Shown here: positions 54,729 through 64,000 of the stretch, piece after piece
Layout: every line of letters begins with the position of its first letter
How positions within the stretch are numbered: position 1 is the first letter of the stretch
Source: an uncultured bacterium
GTDB lineage: Bacteria; Oederibacteriota; Muellerivitia; Muellerivitales; Muellerivitaceae
Direction: 5' to 3'
NCBI GenBank assembly: GCA_964392085.1
Contig: CAYMOV010000002.1
Location: 27,314 to 91,313 of the forward strand
DNA: 64,000 nt
Made by a program: the position numbers and the translations under genes
The notes under the pieces: generated by a model
The model's input: only the letters and a program-made list of their open reading frames with translations
The model's database searches: none
Told to the model about the DNA's origin: nothing

Positions 54729-56645
54729 TCAGTGCCTATCGAACCGCCGGTACAGGTCCGTCAGGGGGATGGACATCAGGGTGGGCCTCCCGTGCGGGCA
54801 GGTGAAGGGTATGTTTTCCTTCCGCATGCGGTCGATCAAGCCTCGCATTTGGTCCTCGTTGAGCCGGTCCCCCGCCATGACCGCGCTGCGGCAGGACATG
54901 AACGCCGCGGCCCTTCGGCGGATTTGCTCGATTCGACGCTCGCCCTGGACGCCGGTGGACTCCTCCTGGGCGATCTGGTCGGCCAGGTCCCGGACCACCG
55001 AGGCAGGGTCCTTCCCCGAGAGGTCCGAAGGGACGGCCTTCACGATGAAGGTGTTGCCGCCGAAAGGCTCGACCTCGAGGCCCAATCCCGCCAGGATCTC
55101 CAGGCACCCGGTGAGGTTCTGGGTCTCCCGGGGCGGCAGGTCGAAGGTGATCGGCACCAGCAGTGGTTGGACCTCCACTTGGCGCCTTTTCCATTGGTCC
55201 AGGATCTTCTCGAAGTTCAACCGCTCATGGACCGTGTGCTGGTCCGCGATGAAGAGCTCGGAATCGGATTGGAAAACGATGAAGGTGTTGAAAAACTGGG
55301 AGAACTGGTAAAGCGGAACGGTCGGATCGATCCGACGGGCGTTCATCTCCAGCGCGGCGGGGGCCTGGTGACCCAGGCCTTGGGTCAGTTGGGCGAACGG
55401 GAGGTCCGAGGGGGGTGATCCGGAAGGCGCTTCCCAGAGTCCGGTCGGCATGGGTTCCGCGGCTTGGGCCAAGGGGCCCTGGCGAAGGACGCCATAGGGG
55501 GTTTCGGGGAAGGGGACGGGTTGGGGCGCGCCACCGCCCGCGGGGGCCGGGGTTTGATACGACCCCGGCACACCCAAAGCGCCGCCTCGGCTGGAGGCCT
55601 CGGCGGAGGGGCCGAGGGGCGAATCCAGCAGGGTCCGCCGCACGGCCTGAACCAAGGCGTCATAGACCGTCCGGTCCTGTGCGAACTTCACTTCCCTCTT
55701 AGTTGGGTGGATGTTCACGTCCACGGCCTCGGTCGGGAGGTCGAGGAAAAGCGTTCCCGCCGGGAAGCGCCGGGTGGGCAGGAGGGTTTGGTAGGCCGTC
55801 ATCACGGCGTGGGAAAGCGAGGGGTTCATCACCCATCGCTTGTTCACGAAGAAGAAGAGGGATTCCCTCGTGGATTTGGTGACGGCCGGTTCGGTGACGG
55901 CTCCGGAGACCTGGAGGGGCCCCGCCTGGTGGGAAACCGGGAGCAGGTGCTTGGCCAAATCCTTGCCGAAAACGTCCCGGCGGCGGGATTCGGGGGTTCC
56001 GGGGGCCGAATCAAGGATGCGCCGGCCGTCCACCGTGAGTTGGAACGCCGTCCCGGGGAAGGCCAGGGCGTAGGTGGTGACCACCAGGGCCGCCCGGTCG
56101 TTCTCGGTGCCGGTCTTCTTCATGAACTTGAGTCGGGCCGGGGTGTTGAAGAACAAGTTTGAGACGGAAACCGTGGTGCCCCTCGGTCGGGGCGCCGGGG
56201 TGCCCTCGACGGCCCCCCCGCCCCGGACCCGGATGCGGTAACCGGTGTCCTTGGACTCGACCCGGGTGGTCAGTTCGAAATGCGAGACGGCGGCCAGGCT
56301 GGCCAGGGCCTCTCCCCGGAAGCCGAAGCTCCGGAGTGATCCCAGGTCCTCGACGGAGCTGATCTTGCTGGTGGCGTGGTTCTCCACGGCCCGGCGCGCG
56401 TCCTCGGGGTCCATCCCCGAGCCGTCGTCGGTGACCTTGATGAGCTTGAGGCCGCCCTCCTGGATCTCGACGGTGATGGACTGGGCCCCGGCGTCCAAGG
56501 CGTTTTCCACCAGTTCCTTCACGACCGAGGCGGGCCGTTCCACCACCTCGCCGGCGGCGATCTGGTTCACGGTCTTGGCGTCGAGGATTCGGATGGGTTT
56601 CAAGGATCGCCTTGGAGGTTTGATCGGACCTGAGAACGGTCCCAT
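54729..56645 (-). CDS. mutL: DNA mismatch repair protein MutL
   Basis: GHKL ATPase N-terminus (NQIAAGEVVERPASVVKELVENALDAGA; DDGSGM). C-terminal dimerisation/endonuclease region. Conserved mutL-miaA linkage. Confidence 0.9.
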   Translation of the reverse strand: MGPFSGPIKPPRRSLKPIRILDAKTVNQIAAGEVVERPASVVKELVENALDAGAQSITVEIQEGGLKLIKVTDDGSGMDPEDARRAVENHATSKISSVEDLGSLRSFGFRGEALASLAAVSHFELTTRVESKDTGYRIRVRGGGAVEGTPAPRPRGTTVSVSNLFFNTPARLKFMKKTGTENDRAALVVTTYALAFPGTAFQLTVDGRRILDSAPGTPESRRRDVFGKDLAKHLLPVSHQAGPLQVSGAVTEPAVTKSTRESLFFFVNKRWVMNPSLSHAVMTAYQTLLPTRRFPAGTLFLDLPTEAVDVNIHPTKREVKFAQDRTVYDALVQAVRRTLLDSPLGPSAEASSRGGALGVPGSYQTPAPAGGGAPQPVPFPETPYGVLRQGPLAQAAEPMPTGLWEAPSGSPPSDLPFAQLTQGLGHQAPAALEMNARRIDPTVPLYQFSQFFNTFIVFQSDSELFIADQHTVHERLNFEKILDQWKRRQVEVQPLLVPITFDLPPRETQNLTGCLEILAGLGLEVEPFGGNTFIVKAVPSDLSGKDPASVVRDLADQIAQEESTGVQGERRIEQIRRRAAAFMSCRSAVMAGDRLNEDQMRGLIDRMRKENIPFTCPHGRPTLMSIPLTDLYRRFDRH

Positions 56646-56646
56646 G

Positions 56647-58638
56647 TCACGGCTGGGTTTGGGTCGCTTTCGCCAACAGATCCAGGTACCCGCGCACGAC
56701 CGGGTTCCCGGGTTGGAGGCGGTCGGCTTGATGGAGGAAATAAGCGCATTCCCGGTAGCGGTGCATTTTGCCGTACTGGACCCCCAAATTCAAATAGGGC
56801 GTGAAATCGTCCGGGTGGGTCTCCAAGGCGTGGTTCAGGCATGCCAGGCTCGCGTCATCCTCTCCTTCCATCCGTCCGTAATAGGCGGAGGCGTTGATGA
56901 GGGTATGGAGGCAATCGGGCCCTAAGGCCAAGGCCCGCTGGAGCTCCAGCCGGGCGGATGGCCCGTCGTCCCGGTCCAGGTCCCAGGCGGCCGCCATCAA
57001 GTGGATGTCCGAGATGGACTCCTGGGCCTCCGGATCCCTCTTTTCAGCCCAGGTGGGGTCGCGGTCCAAACCCAGGGGCTTTGGGGGCGGCGGCAGGCGT
57101 TGTTCCGAGGCCCGGTCGGACATGCGGTAGACCTGGCCCCAGGGACGGATGTGGAAGTCGCCGGAAACGATGCGTTCGTCCGGCAAAAACAGCTCACCCC
57201 CGCCTTCGTCGTACCACTTTTTCTCGAGGTCGGAGCGCCGGGCCCCAGGCCTGGCCGCCGCGAGGGCCCTTTTACCCTCCGGAAAGACCGTGGTTTCCCA
57301 CTCCACGACCCGGAGGTCCGGGCGCAGGCCCTGGGCCAAGACGGCGTAGGCCAGGGGGAACACCTGGTTGTCCCCCGCGATCAGGACCGTGGATTTCCGG
57401 GGAAGCGGCTTGAGAAGGTCCAGGATTTCCCCCCAACAGGATTCGGACCGGTTGAGGTCCGACCATTTCCAGGCTGGGACGGAGAGCATCAACGCGCCCA
57501 AAAGGACGAGGGCGGTGACTCGGCTGATTTTCAGGGCGGGACCCCATCGCCGCCATAGCAGGTCAAAGCCCTTTCCGGCGAGCAACGCGGAGGCGAGGTA
57601 GGTGGGAAGGAAATACCGGTAAAGGATGGGAAGGTCGGTCTCGTTCCCATAGGCGTAGAGGAGCGCGAAGTTGAACAGGACCACGGCGAGGAGCGCCCAC
57701 AGCTTTGTCCGGTGGACGCGCCAGGCGGAGGCGGCCCCCGCGAGGGCCAGGACCCAGGCCAGCGGGTTCCACTCCCGGCTCCAGGCACCCGCGAGGACCT
57801 TCAAGAAAAGCCAAGATCCCATCAGGCCCCGTGAGAACTTCTTTTGGGCGTAGGGTTTTTGGCTCAGGTAACCCCAAAGGGCCCTGAAATGGTCCGGCTT
57901 TCCCCAGGCCTCGTTGGCCACGGGATGGGCCCGGAGGGGGATCCACAGGTAGAGGGAGAGACCCAAGGCCAACCCCGGCAAAATCCAAGTCCCGAACGGG
58001 CGGATCTCCTCCCTTTTTGCCCAAAGCAGGACAAGGGTGAAGAGCGCCCCACCCAGGAAAAGCATGTGGGTGCCGGCGGAGAGGCCGAGGACAAAACCGA
58101 ACCCCAAAGCCCAGCGTTTATCCGGTTGGAACGACGTGGCCGCGACCAGGACCGCCGCGAGCAGGGCCAATTGGTACGGATAGACCCGGGCCATGGCCGA
58201 ATGGAGCGTCAAGGTGGTGGAACCGGCCAGGACAAGTGTCGCGGCCAGGGCGGAGGCCTGCCCGAAAGTTTTCCGGGCCAAAGCATAGGCCAGGGCGAGG
58301 GAAAGGGCCCCGAAGGCGGAGGAGGCCAAGTTGACGTGAAAAGCGCCGAGCCGTCCTGGGAGGGTGGAAAGGAGAAGGAACAGCGGGAAGCCTGTGGGAT
58401 GCGGCACGCCGCCGATCAGGATCGCCGTCAGCATATCCCCATTGTCCCCGAAATAAACCGAGGGGACCGCGTGGAAGGCGAACCAGCCGAAGGAAAGGAG
58501 GAAGATCAGGACGGGGGTCAACAAGGACAACTCCAGGGGAGAGGACCTGTTTCGAACCACGGGGTACACGGAGGTCACGGAGGAACCTTTAAAAAGGATC
58601 GGCATTAGAATGAAAAACGGTCTCCGTGACCCCCGCAT
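56647..58638 (-). CDS. Second DUF2723/TMEM260-like polytopic membrane protein with C-terminal TPR repeats
   Basis: YFGDNGDMLTAILIGGVPHPTGFPLFLL matches the DUF2723 N-loop signature. More than 9 TM helices. C-terminal TPR-like block (NASAYYGRMEGEDDASLACLNHALETHPDDFTPYLNLGVQYGKMHRY). Its stop codon is 1 nt from the mutL start. Confidence 0.55.
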   Translation of the reverse strand: MRGSRRPFFILMPILFKGSSVTSVYPVVRNRSSPLELSLLTPVLIFLLSFGWFAFHAVPSVYFGDNGDMLTAILIGGVPHPTGFPLFLLLSTLPGRLGAFHVNLASSAFGALSLALAYALARKTFGQASALAATLVLAGSTTLTLHSAMARVYPYQLALLAAVLVAATSFQPDKRWALGFGFVLGLSAGTHMLFLGGALFTLVLLWAKREEIRPFGTWILPGLALGLSLYLWIPLRAHPVANEAWGKPDHFRALWGYLSQKPYAQKKFSRGLMGSWLFLKVLAGAWSREWNPLAWVLALAGAASAWRVHRTKLWALLAVVLFNFALLYAYGNETDLPILYRYFLPTYLASALLAGKGFDLLWRRWGPALKISRVTALVLLGALMLSVPAWKWSDLNRSESCWGEILDLLKPLPRKSTVLIAGDNQVFPLAYAVLAQGLRPDLRVVEWETTVFPEGKRALAAARPGARRSDLEKKWYDEGGGELFLPDERIVSGDFHIRPWGQVYRMSDRASEQRLPPPPKPLGLDRDPTWAEKRDPEAQESISDIHLMAAAWDLDRDDGPSARLELQRALALGPDCLHTLINASAYYGRMEGEDDASLACLNHALETHPDDFTPYLNLGVQYGKMHRYRECAYFLHQADRLQPGNPVVRGYLDLLAKATQTQP

Positions 58639-58665
58639 TCTCCGTGGTTAAAATGTCGGTTTTGT

Positions 58666-60228
58666 TCAGGCCTTGAGGCCGGTCACTTCGAAGACGGCGA
58701 TCTTGTGGCTCTTGCCCTTCACCTGGACGGGGTCGAGCTTCTTGGTTTCCAGTTGGTCCCCGACCGCCGCGAGGACGGACTCGGTGATGAGGATCTGGTT
58801 GCCGCCGCTCTCGCCCTCGACCCGGGCCGTGGTGTTGACCATGTCCCCGATGGCGGTGTAGTCCATGCGTTTCTCGCTGCCGATGTTGCCCACGATGCAC
58901 TCGCCGGTATTGATGCCGTAACCCACCTGGATCTGGGGCTTCCCCTCCTGCGCCCACTTGGCGTTCAGGGTGACCAACCGTTCCTTCATCTTGAGGGCGG
59001 CCTTCACGCACTTGAGGACCGGATCCTTCACGTCCAGGGGCGCGCCCCAAAGGGCCATGATGGCGTCCCCGATGAACTTGTCGATGGTCCCCTCGAACGA
59101 GAAGATCACCTCGCTCATGGCGCTGAAGTACTCGTTGAGGAGCGACACGATGGTCTCGGGGGTTTCTTTCTCGGCCAGGGGGGTGAAGCCGCGGATGTCC
59201 GAAAAGAGGACCGTGATGGGTTTCTTCTCGCCGCCCAAGGCCAGCACCCCGCCGCCCTTGGTGATGATGTCGTCCACCACGTTGGGGGAAAGGTACCGTT
59301 GAAGGGTGGTCCGCAGGCGCTCCTCGCGCCGGACATTGTCGAAAAGCTTCGCGTTGGCGATGGCCACGGCCGACTGGTTGGCGAAGGCCGAGAGGAAGTA
59401 CATGTCCTCCTCGGTGAAGGTGCTGGTGCCCTCGGCCTTGTCCACGTAGATCACGCCGATGATGTTGTCCTTCTCCCAGATCGGCACGCAGATGACCGAG
59501 GACAGGGGCAGGGCCTGGAGGCTCTCCCGGTTGGCGAAACGCGAGTCGTGGATGGCGTCCAGCACCAGGACGGGTACCCGCTCCCGCAGGACGGTGTCCA
59601 CGATGCCTTGGCTGTAGGGGGCTTGGGACTCGGCGGCCGTCAAGGCGTGGGTGGCGACCGGCGAAAGCTTGCCCTCGCCGTCCTTCAGCAGGAGGAAACC
59701 CCGGTTGGCCTGCATGACCTTGATGGCCATGCCCATGACGATCCCCAGCAAGGTCTTGAGTTCCAGGACCGAATTGACGATGTTGCCGACCTCGTAGAGG
59801 GTCAGGAGCTTCTTATGGGCCAGGTCCTCGACCTTGGGGGCCTTGGCATCCATGGTTTCCCGGGTCACCTCGACGGCGAACCGCATGCGGGTGTTGCCGA
59901 CCGAGATGATGTCCTGGTTGCGGAGGGGCGACTCGGAGATCTTGGTGCCGTTGAGGAGGGTGCCGTTGGTGGACCCCAAGTCCTTCACGTTCACCCCGCC
60001 CATGCCCAGCATGATCTGGCAATGCTGGCGGGACACCAGGGGGTCGGAAAGGACCAGTTCGCAGGCGGAGGACCGGCCCACGACGGTGGTGGGCTTGGTG
60101 ATGCGGAAAACCTGGCCTTGTTCCGGCCCGGCCAACAAGGTCAGGAGGATCTGGGGTTTTCCCCCTCCCCCCTTGGGCGGCGTCAGGACGATTCGGCTGG
60201 TTTTTCCCGGTTCAGCGGCCATGGACAC
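58666..60228 (-). CDS. FHA domain - GAF domain - class III adenylate/guanylate cyclase
   Basis: FHA: VVGRSSACELVLSDPLVSRQHCQI...GSTNGTLLNG. Central GAF. Cyclase: VLFSDIRGFTPLAE...KFIGDAIMALWGAP. Confidence 0.8.
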   Translation of the reverse strand: MSMAAEPGKTSRIVLTPPKGGGGKPQILLTLLAGPEQGQVFRITKPTTVVGRSSACELVLSDPLVSRQHCQIMLGMGGVNVKDLGSTNGTLLNGTKISESPLRNQDIISVGNTRMRFAVEVTRETMDAKAPKVEDLAHKKLLTLYEVGNIVNSVLELKTLLGIVMGMAIKVMQANRGFLLLKDGEGKLSPVATHALTAAESQAPYSQGIVDTVLRERVPVLVLDAIHDSRFANRESLQALPLSSVICVPIWEKDNIIGVIYVDKAEGTSTFTEEDMYFLSAFANQSAVAIANAKLFDNVRREERLRTTLQRYLSPNVVDDIITKGGGVLALGGEKKPITVLFSDIRGFTPLAEKETPETIVSLLNEYFSAMSEVIFSFEGTIDKFIGDAIMALWGAPLDVKDPVLKCVKAALKMKERLVTLNAKWAQEGKPQIQVGYGINTGECIVGNIGSEKRMDYTAIGDMVNTTARVEGESGGNQILITESVLAAVGDQLETKKLDPVQVKGKSHKIAVFEVTGLKA

Positions 60229-60318
60229 TCCGAATGCAATTGGGGATCAGGAATGCTGAATGGGGAATGCCTTTAAAGGAATCCCGCATTCCTCATTTCG
60301 AATTCCGCGTTGTTGGTT

Positions 60319-62127
60319 TCATCCCTTTTTCAACTCGTAGACCACTACGTTGCAGTTGGCGATGTCGGTCAGGTAGAGGGAATTGTCCACATCGGTGCAG
60401 GTCCCCCAGTAGCGCGGGGCTGTCTTGTAGGATCCCGAGGGGGTCCCGAACTCGGTGACGTAGTATCCCTCCGGGTCGAACACCTGCACCCTCAGGTTGC
60501 GGTCGGTCACGAACAGGTTGCGCTTGGTGTCGGCCGCCACCCCCATCGGGTAGGCGAACTCACCCCGGCCCGTCCCCCGCTTGCCGAACTTGTTCTTGAA
60601 GACCCCCCGGGGGGTGAAGATCTGCACCCGGTAGTTCTTCTCATCCACGACCATGATCTGGCCGCTGTTGTCGGTGGCGATACCCGCCGGCGCGTTGAAC
60701 TCGCCGAGCCGGGCCCCGTGGTTGCCGAACTTGTTCAGGACCTTCCCCGCCGGGTTGAAGACCCGGATCCGGTTGTTGCCCGAGTCGCAGACGTAGATGT
60801 TGTCGTTGCCGTCCAGGGCCACGCCCTGGGGGTGGGAGAAGCCCCCCATGCCGACCTCGATTTTACCAGACTCGGGGGAAGCGGGTTCCCCGAACTTGGT
60901 GAGCACCTGCCCTGATTTCCCGATGACCTGGACCGTGCAGAGCTTGGCGTCGAGCACCACCATGTTACCCGCCTGGTCCACGGCCAGGGAGACGGGCATC
61001 AGGAAGCAGACTTCCTTGGGATCGGGGGAATCCTTGCCGAACTTCCCCACCGAATAGAGGTACTTGCCCTCGGGGTCGAAGACCTGCACGTTGCATTTGA
61101 GCGCGTCGGCCACGTAGACCCGCCGCTGGGAGTCGACGGCTACCGCCATGGGCTGCATGAACTGTCCCTCGTCCTTGCCCCGGGTGCCCAGGACCCTCGC
61201 GGCGCGGTAGGAATAACCGCGGTACCGGAACTGGTTGATGTCGGGGACTTCCTTCACCTCGGGCTTCTTCTCGCCCTGGATCAGCGTGCCGGCGGATTGG
61301 GATTCCCCACTGGTCTTCTGGGTGACGGGCTTGTCCAGGAACTCGGCCGGGATGGCCTCCAACTCGGCCTTCATCTCCTGGGCCGACTGGTAGCGCTTGG
61401 CGGGCTCCTTTTGGAGGGCCTTGAGGATGATGTTTTCGAGCATGGGCGGGACGCTGGGGTTGATCTTGCGGGGCGGCATGGGGTCGTCTTTGAGGATCTT
61501 ATTCAGCAGGACCATGGCCACTTCATCGATGAAGGGCAGTTGGCCCGTGACCATCTCATAGAGTATGACGCCGACCGAGTAGATGTCCGAGGCTGGGACC
61601 GGGTGGCCCAACACCTGTTCCTTGGCCATGTAATAGAGGGTGCCGCCGATGCCGGGACCCTTGGTGGCCTGGGACATGGTGGCGGTTCCGAAATCGGTGA
61701 TCTTGACCTTGCGGTCGCTCGTCAGGAGGATGTTGGCGGGCTTGAGGTCCCGGTGGATGACATTCTTCTCGTGGGCGTATTGCACGGCGGATAGGATCTG
61801 GGAGACCAGGTCCACGACCTCGCGGAGCGTGAGGGTGGCGTCCACCATCAATTGCCCCAGGTTTTGCCCGTCCACATACTCCATGACCATGAAGAAGATG
61901 TTCTCGGCCTTATCGACGGTCAGGATCTGGACGATATTGGGGTGGGCCAAGGAGGCGAGGAGTTTCGGTTCGGCGATCAGGCGGGTAAAATCTTCCTTTT
62001 GGTTGTGGGGGATCTTAAGGGCCACCTGTTTGCCCATCCAGGTATCCTCGGCCAGCCAGACGGTCCCGAAGGTGCCGCTTCCCTTTATTTCCAGGAGTTT
62101 GTATTTGTCGATGAAGCCCTGGAGCAT
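60319..62127 (-). CDS. Ser/Thr protein kinase with C-terminal NHL-repeat beta-propeller
   Basis: Kinase: GSGTFGTVWLAED, VALK, HRDLKPANILL, DFG. C-terminus: six NHL-like repeats (GEFNAPAGIATDNSGQIMVVDEKNYRVQIF). Confidence 0.85.
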   Translation of the reverse strand: MLQGFIDKYKLLEIKGSGTFGTVWLAEDTWMGKQVALKIPHNQKEDFTRLIAEPKLLASLAHPNIVQILTVDKAENIFFMVMEYVDGQNLGQLMVDATLTLREVVDLVSQILSAVQYAHEKNVIHRDLKPANILLTSDRKVKITDFGTATMSQATKGPGIGGTLYYMAKEQVLGHPVPASDIYSVGVILYEMVTGQLPFIDEVAMVLLNKILKDDPMPPRKINPSVPPMLENIILKALQKEPAKRYQSAQEMKAELEAIPAEFLDKPVTQKTSGESQSAGTLIQGEKKPEVKEVPDINQFRYRGYSYRAARVLGTRGKDEGQFMQPMAVAVDSQRRVYVADALKCNVQVFDPEGKYLYSVGKFGKDSPDPKEVCFLMPVSLAVDQAGNMVVLDAKLCTVQVIGKSGQVLTKFGEPASPESGKIEVGMGGFSHPQGVALDGNDNIYVCDSGNNRIRVFNPAGKVLNKFGNHGARLGEFNAPAGIATDNSGQIMVVDEKNYRVQIFTPRGVFKNKFGKRGTGRGEFAYPMGVAADTKRNLFVTDRNLRVQVFDPEGYYVTEFGTPSGSYKTAPRYWGTCTDVDNSLYLTDIANCNVVVYELKKG

Positions 62128-62265
62128 GGTGGACCTTGGCGCGAGGTTTCAGAGGGGCCCGTATAACGTTACAACCCGAGGACGGACAAAAGCTGAAAAG
62201 GACAACCTTCCGCGCGGCATGGGTTGGGTTCTTATCTTATCAATTTGGCGGGTGGGCTGAAACCC

Positions 62266-62802
62266 TCATTTCCGGTGGGGATATTGGGCCAGCTCCTTAT
62301 GGAGTAATCGGCGTTTTAAGGGGATCCCGCCGCCGAATCCCCCCAGCTTTCCGGAGGATTCAACCACCCGATGGCAGGGAACCAATAACGGCACGGGGTT
62401 GCGGTTCAGCGCTTGTCCGGCGGCACGACAACCCCTGGGGCTTCCAGCCCTGCGGGACGTCCAGGCGTAGGTGCGGGTTTCACCGACCGGGATCCGCGAG
62501 GTTGCCCTCAGGATCTTTCGTTGGAATTGCGTGAGGAACCAAAGGTCCAGCTTGGGGACCCGGTGCCGCTTTCCCGCCAAAACCTTGAGGGTTTCCCTGG
62601 CGAAGTCCGCCGGGACCTTGGCCTCGCTGGGGGGCGCTGGGTTGGGAGGTAGATAAGTAGCCAACTTTCGGAACGCCGAGTTTTTGGTGGCCTGGGGAAA
62701 GGTCAGGGCGCTGAGGCCCCTTGGGGTCCAGGCGGCCGCGCACCAACCCATGGGGGTCCGGAAGGCCCCTTGGCGGAGGAACGGGTGGGATGAGGGTTTC
62801 AT
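62266..62802 (-). CDS. ogt: Methylated-DNA--protein-cysteine methyltransferase
   Basis: Active-site PCHRVV and the helix-turn-helix YAWTSRRAGSPRGCRAAGQALNRNP. Start chosen at MKPSSHPF. The ORF is open to 62919 but would overlap murJ. Confidence 0.75.
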   Translation of the reverse strand: MKPSSHPFLRQGAFRTPMGWCAAAWTPRGLSALTFPQATKNSAFRKLATYLPPNPAPPSEAKVPADFARETLKVLAGKRHRVPKLDLWFLTQFQRKILRATSRIPVGETRTYAWTSRRAGSPRGCRAAGQALNRNPVPLLVPCHRVVESSGKLGGFGGGIPLKRRLLHKELAQYPHRK

Positions 62803-62812
62803 GTCCAGGTCC

Positions 62813-64000
62813 TCAGGCGGTTTTTCCGCGGGATCGGACCCAGGCCAGGCTCCGGCACTTGAATGACTTCGCCGCGATGAAATAGACCCCCGCGCCCAAG
62901 GTGATCGGGAGGAAAACACGCCAGACCTTCATCCAGGGCAAGCTCCAGGGGTCCATCAGGGTCAAGGTGCCCCAGACCGCCAGGCCCATCACGACGGTGG
63001 CGGAGAGGATCCGAAGGACTTCCAAGCCGATGGCCCGGTATTCCAACCGGATGCCGTAGCGGTGGAGTCCCGTTTGGAGCATGGCGAAGTTCACGACGGC
63101 GGCCAGGCTGGTGGCGGCCGGAAGCGCCAGGAATCGCAGGTGCATATCATCGACATAACGGAAGGTCGAGAAGTTCAGGATGAAGTCCGCCGCCACGCTG
63201 GCGCTCGCGGAGATAAGGGGCCAACGGGACTTTCGGAGGGCGTAGAAGGGCGGGATCATGATCTTGTTGGAGGAAAAGAAGAACAGCCCGGCGACGTAAA
63301 GCATGGTGGCCTCGGTGACCCGGGCTGTCGAGCTTGGGTCGAAACGGCCGTGTTGGAAGGCCAGGACGGTGATGGGGGCCGCCGTCAGGATCAGCCCCAA
63401 GGTACAGGGCAGGGTGATGAAGGCGGCCGCCTCCAGGGCCCGGCTCAGGGTTTCCTGGAAGGCCCCGCGGTTCCCCTCGGCGGCGTGTCGCGACACCAAT
63501 GGGAAGACCACGGTGGCGATGGAAACCCCGAAGACGCCGTAGGGAAGCTGCATGAGGCGGTTCCCGTAATACAGGCAGGACAGGTCGCCATTGGGCAGGT
63601 ACGAGGCGAAGAATTGGTTGATGAGGATGTTGAACTGCATGGCGGATTGGCTGAGGATCGCCGGGGCCATCAGGGAAATCATTTCGAAGACCCCCGGGTG
63701 GGTCGGGGGCCAATGCCATTTGAAGGACCAGCCCAGGTTCCGGAGGGCGGGAATCTGGACGGCCCATTGGAGGGCCATGCCCAGGGTGGTGGCGCCCGCC
63801 CAAAGGGACATGTTTCGGAGCTCGCCCTGGACATCCACGGCGGCGTGGAAATACCTGAGGTAAAGGCCGGCCGCGATGAGGGTGAGGTTCATGGCCACAG
63901 GGGCGAAAGCCGGCACCGCGAACTTGTTTTGGGCGTTGAGGCAGCCCATCCAGAGGGCCGCGAGGGACACGAACATCAGGACTGGAAAGAGGATCCGGGT
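62813..64000 (-). CDS. murJ: Lipid II flippase MurJ (MviN), C-terminal part. The N-terminus lies beyond the window end
   Basis: YYGNRLMQLPYGVFGVSIATVVFP, typical of MurJ. Multiple TM helices. The ORF runs off the 3' end of the window. Confidence 0.8.
   Translation of the reverse strand, partial: TRILFPVLMFVSLAALWMGCLNAQNKFAVPAFAPVAMNLTLIAAGLYLRYFHAAVDVQGELRNMSLWAGATTLGMALQWAVQIPALRNLGWSFKWHWPPTHPGVFEMISLMAPAILSQSAMQFNILINQFFASYLPNGDLSCLYYGNRLMQLPYGVFGVSIATVVFPLVSRHAAEGNRGAFQETLSRALEAAAFITLPCTLGLILTAAPITVLAFQHGRFDPSSTARVTEATMLYVAGLFFFSSNKIMIPPFYALRKSRWPLISASASVAADFILNFSTFRYVDDMHLRFLALPAATSLAAVVNFAMLQTGLHRYGIRLEYRAIGLEVLRILSATVVMGLAVWGTLTLMDPWSLPWMKVWRVFLPITLGAGVYFIAAKSFKCRSLAWVRSRGKTA

Noticed and set aside
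58705-60276. 523-aa plus-strand ORF antisense to the FHA-GAF-cyclase gene
   Set aside because: Shadow ORF with a Gly/Asp/Leu-rich translation. The minus-strand protein has three recognisable domains.

Overview
This is a high-GC (~64%) bacterial chromosomal segment, mostly housekeeping genes. There are no rRNA genes or CRISPR arrays.

Main gene content, left to right:
- An aromatic amino-acid supraoperon: hisC-tyrA-aroA-cmk-aroG, followed by plsC and rpsA.
- der-plsY-gpsA, then an IHF/HU-like gene and a MerR-family regulator.
- Two tandem tRNA-Pro genes (anticodons CGG and GGG) and one tRNA-Arg(CCU).
- An outer-membrane factor (OMF) plus RND efflux pair with no adaptor gene.
- A sigma-70 family factor and apt.
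- An integrase-containing island of lower GC at about 41.1-45.2 kb.
- On the minus strand: PPK2, rmuC, sppA, a NUDIX hydrolase, miaA, mutL, ogt and a partial murJ.

Most interesting features:
- A 9 kb plus-strand operon (about 15.0-23.9 kb) with stop/start overlaps. It encodes a roughly 1000-aa TPR protein, a 581-aa outer-membrane beta-barrel ending in Phe, ExbB/TolQ, ExbD/TolR, a protein with a TonB C-terminal domain, and a polytopic DUF2723 (TMEM260-like, GT-C-like) membrane protein with C-terminal TPR repeats.
- A second DUF2723-TPR paralog (56.6-58.6 kb) sits beside an FHA-GAF-nucleotidyl cyclase and a Ser/Thr kinase with NHL repeats.
- The TPR operon lies directly downstream of a 1514-aa secreted, extremely Thr-rich protein. 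That protein has 54-bp coding tandem repeats and an internally duplicated ~345-aa module.
- Several other secreted proteins in the window carry Thr/Pro-rich linkers. Together with the two DUF2723 genes this suggests an uncharacterised envelope or protein O-glycosylation system.

Other notable observations:
- A family of AAGCTT-centred heptamer-repeat palindromes sits right after stop codons.
- A 33-bp bipartite motif occurs four times around the integrase island.
- A 1.35 kb non-coding stretch in the island is rich in CTTGAAG-like motifs.
- tRNA-Pro(CGG) has an extended leader/trailer stem and tandem degenerate copies of its 3' end.
- A FabD-like protein has a degenerate active site.
- The OMF-RND pair lacks a membrane-fusion (adaptor) protein gene.
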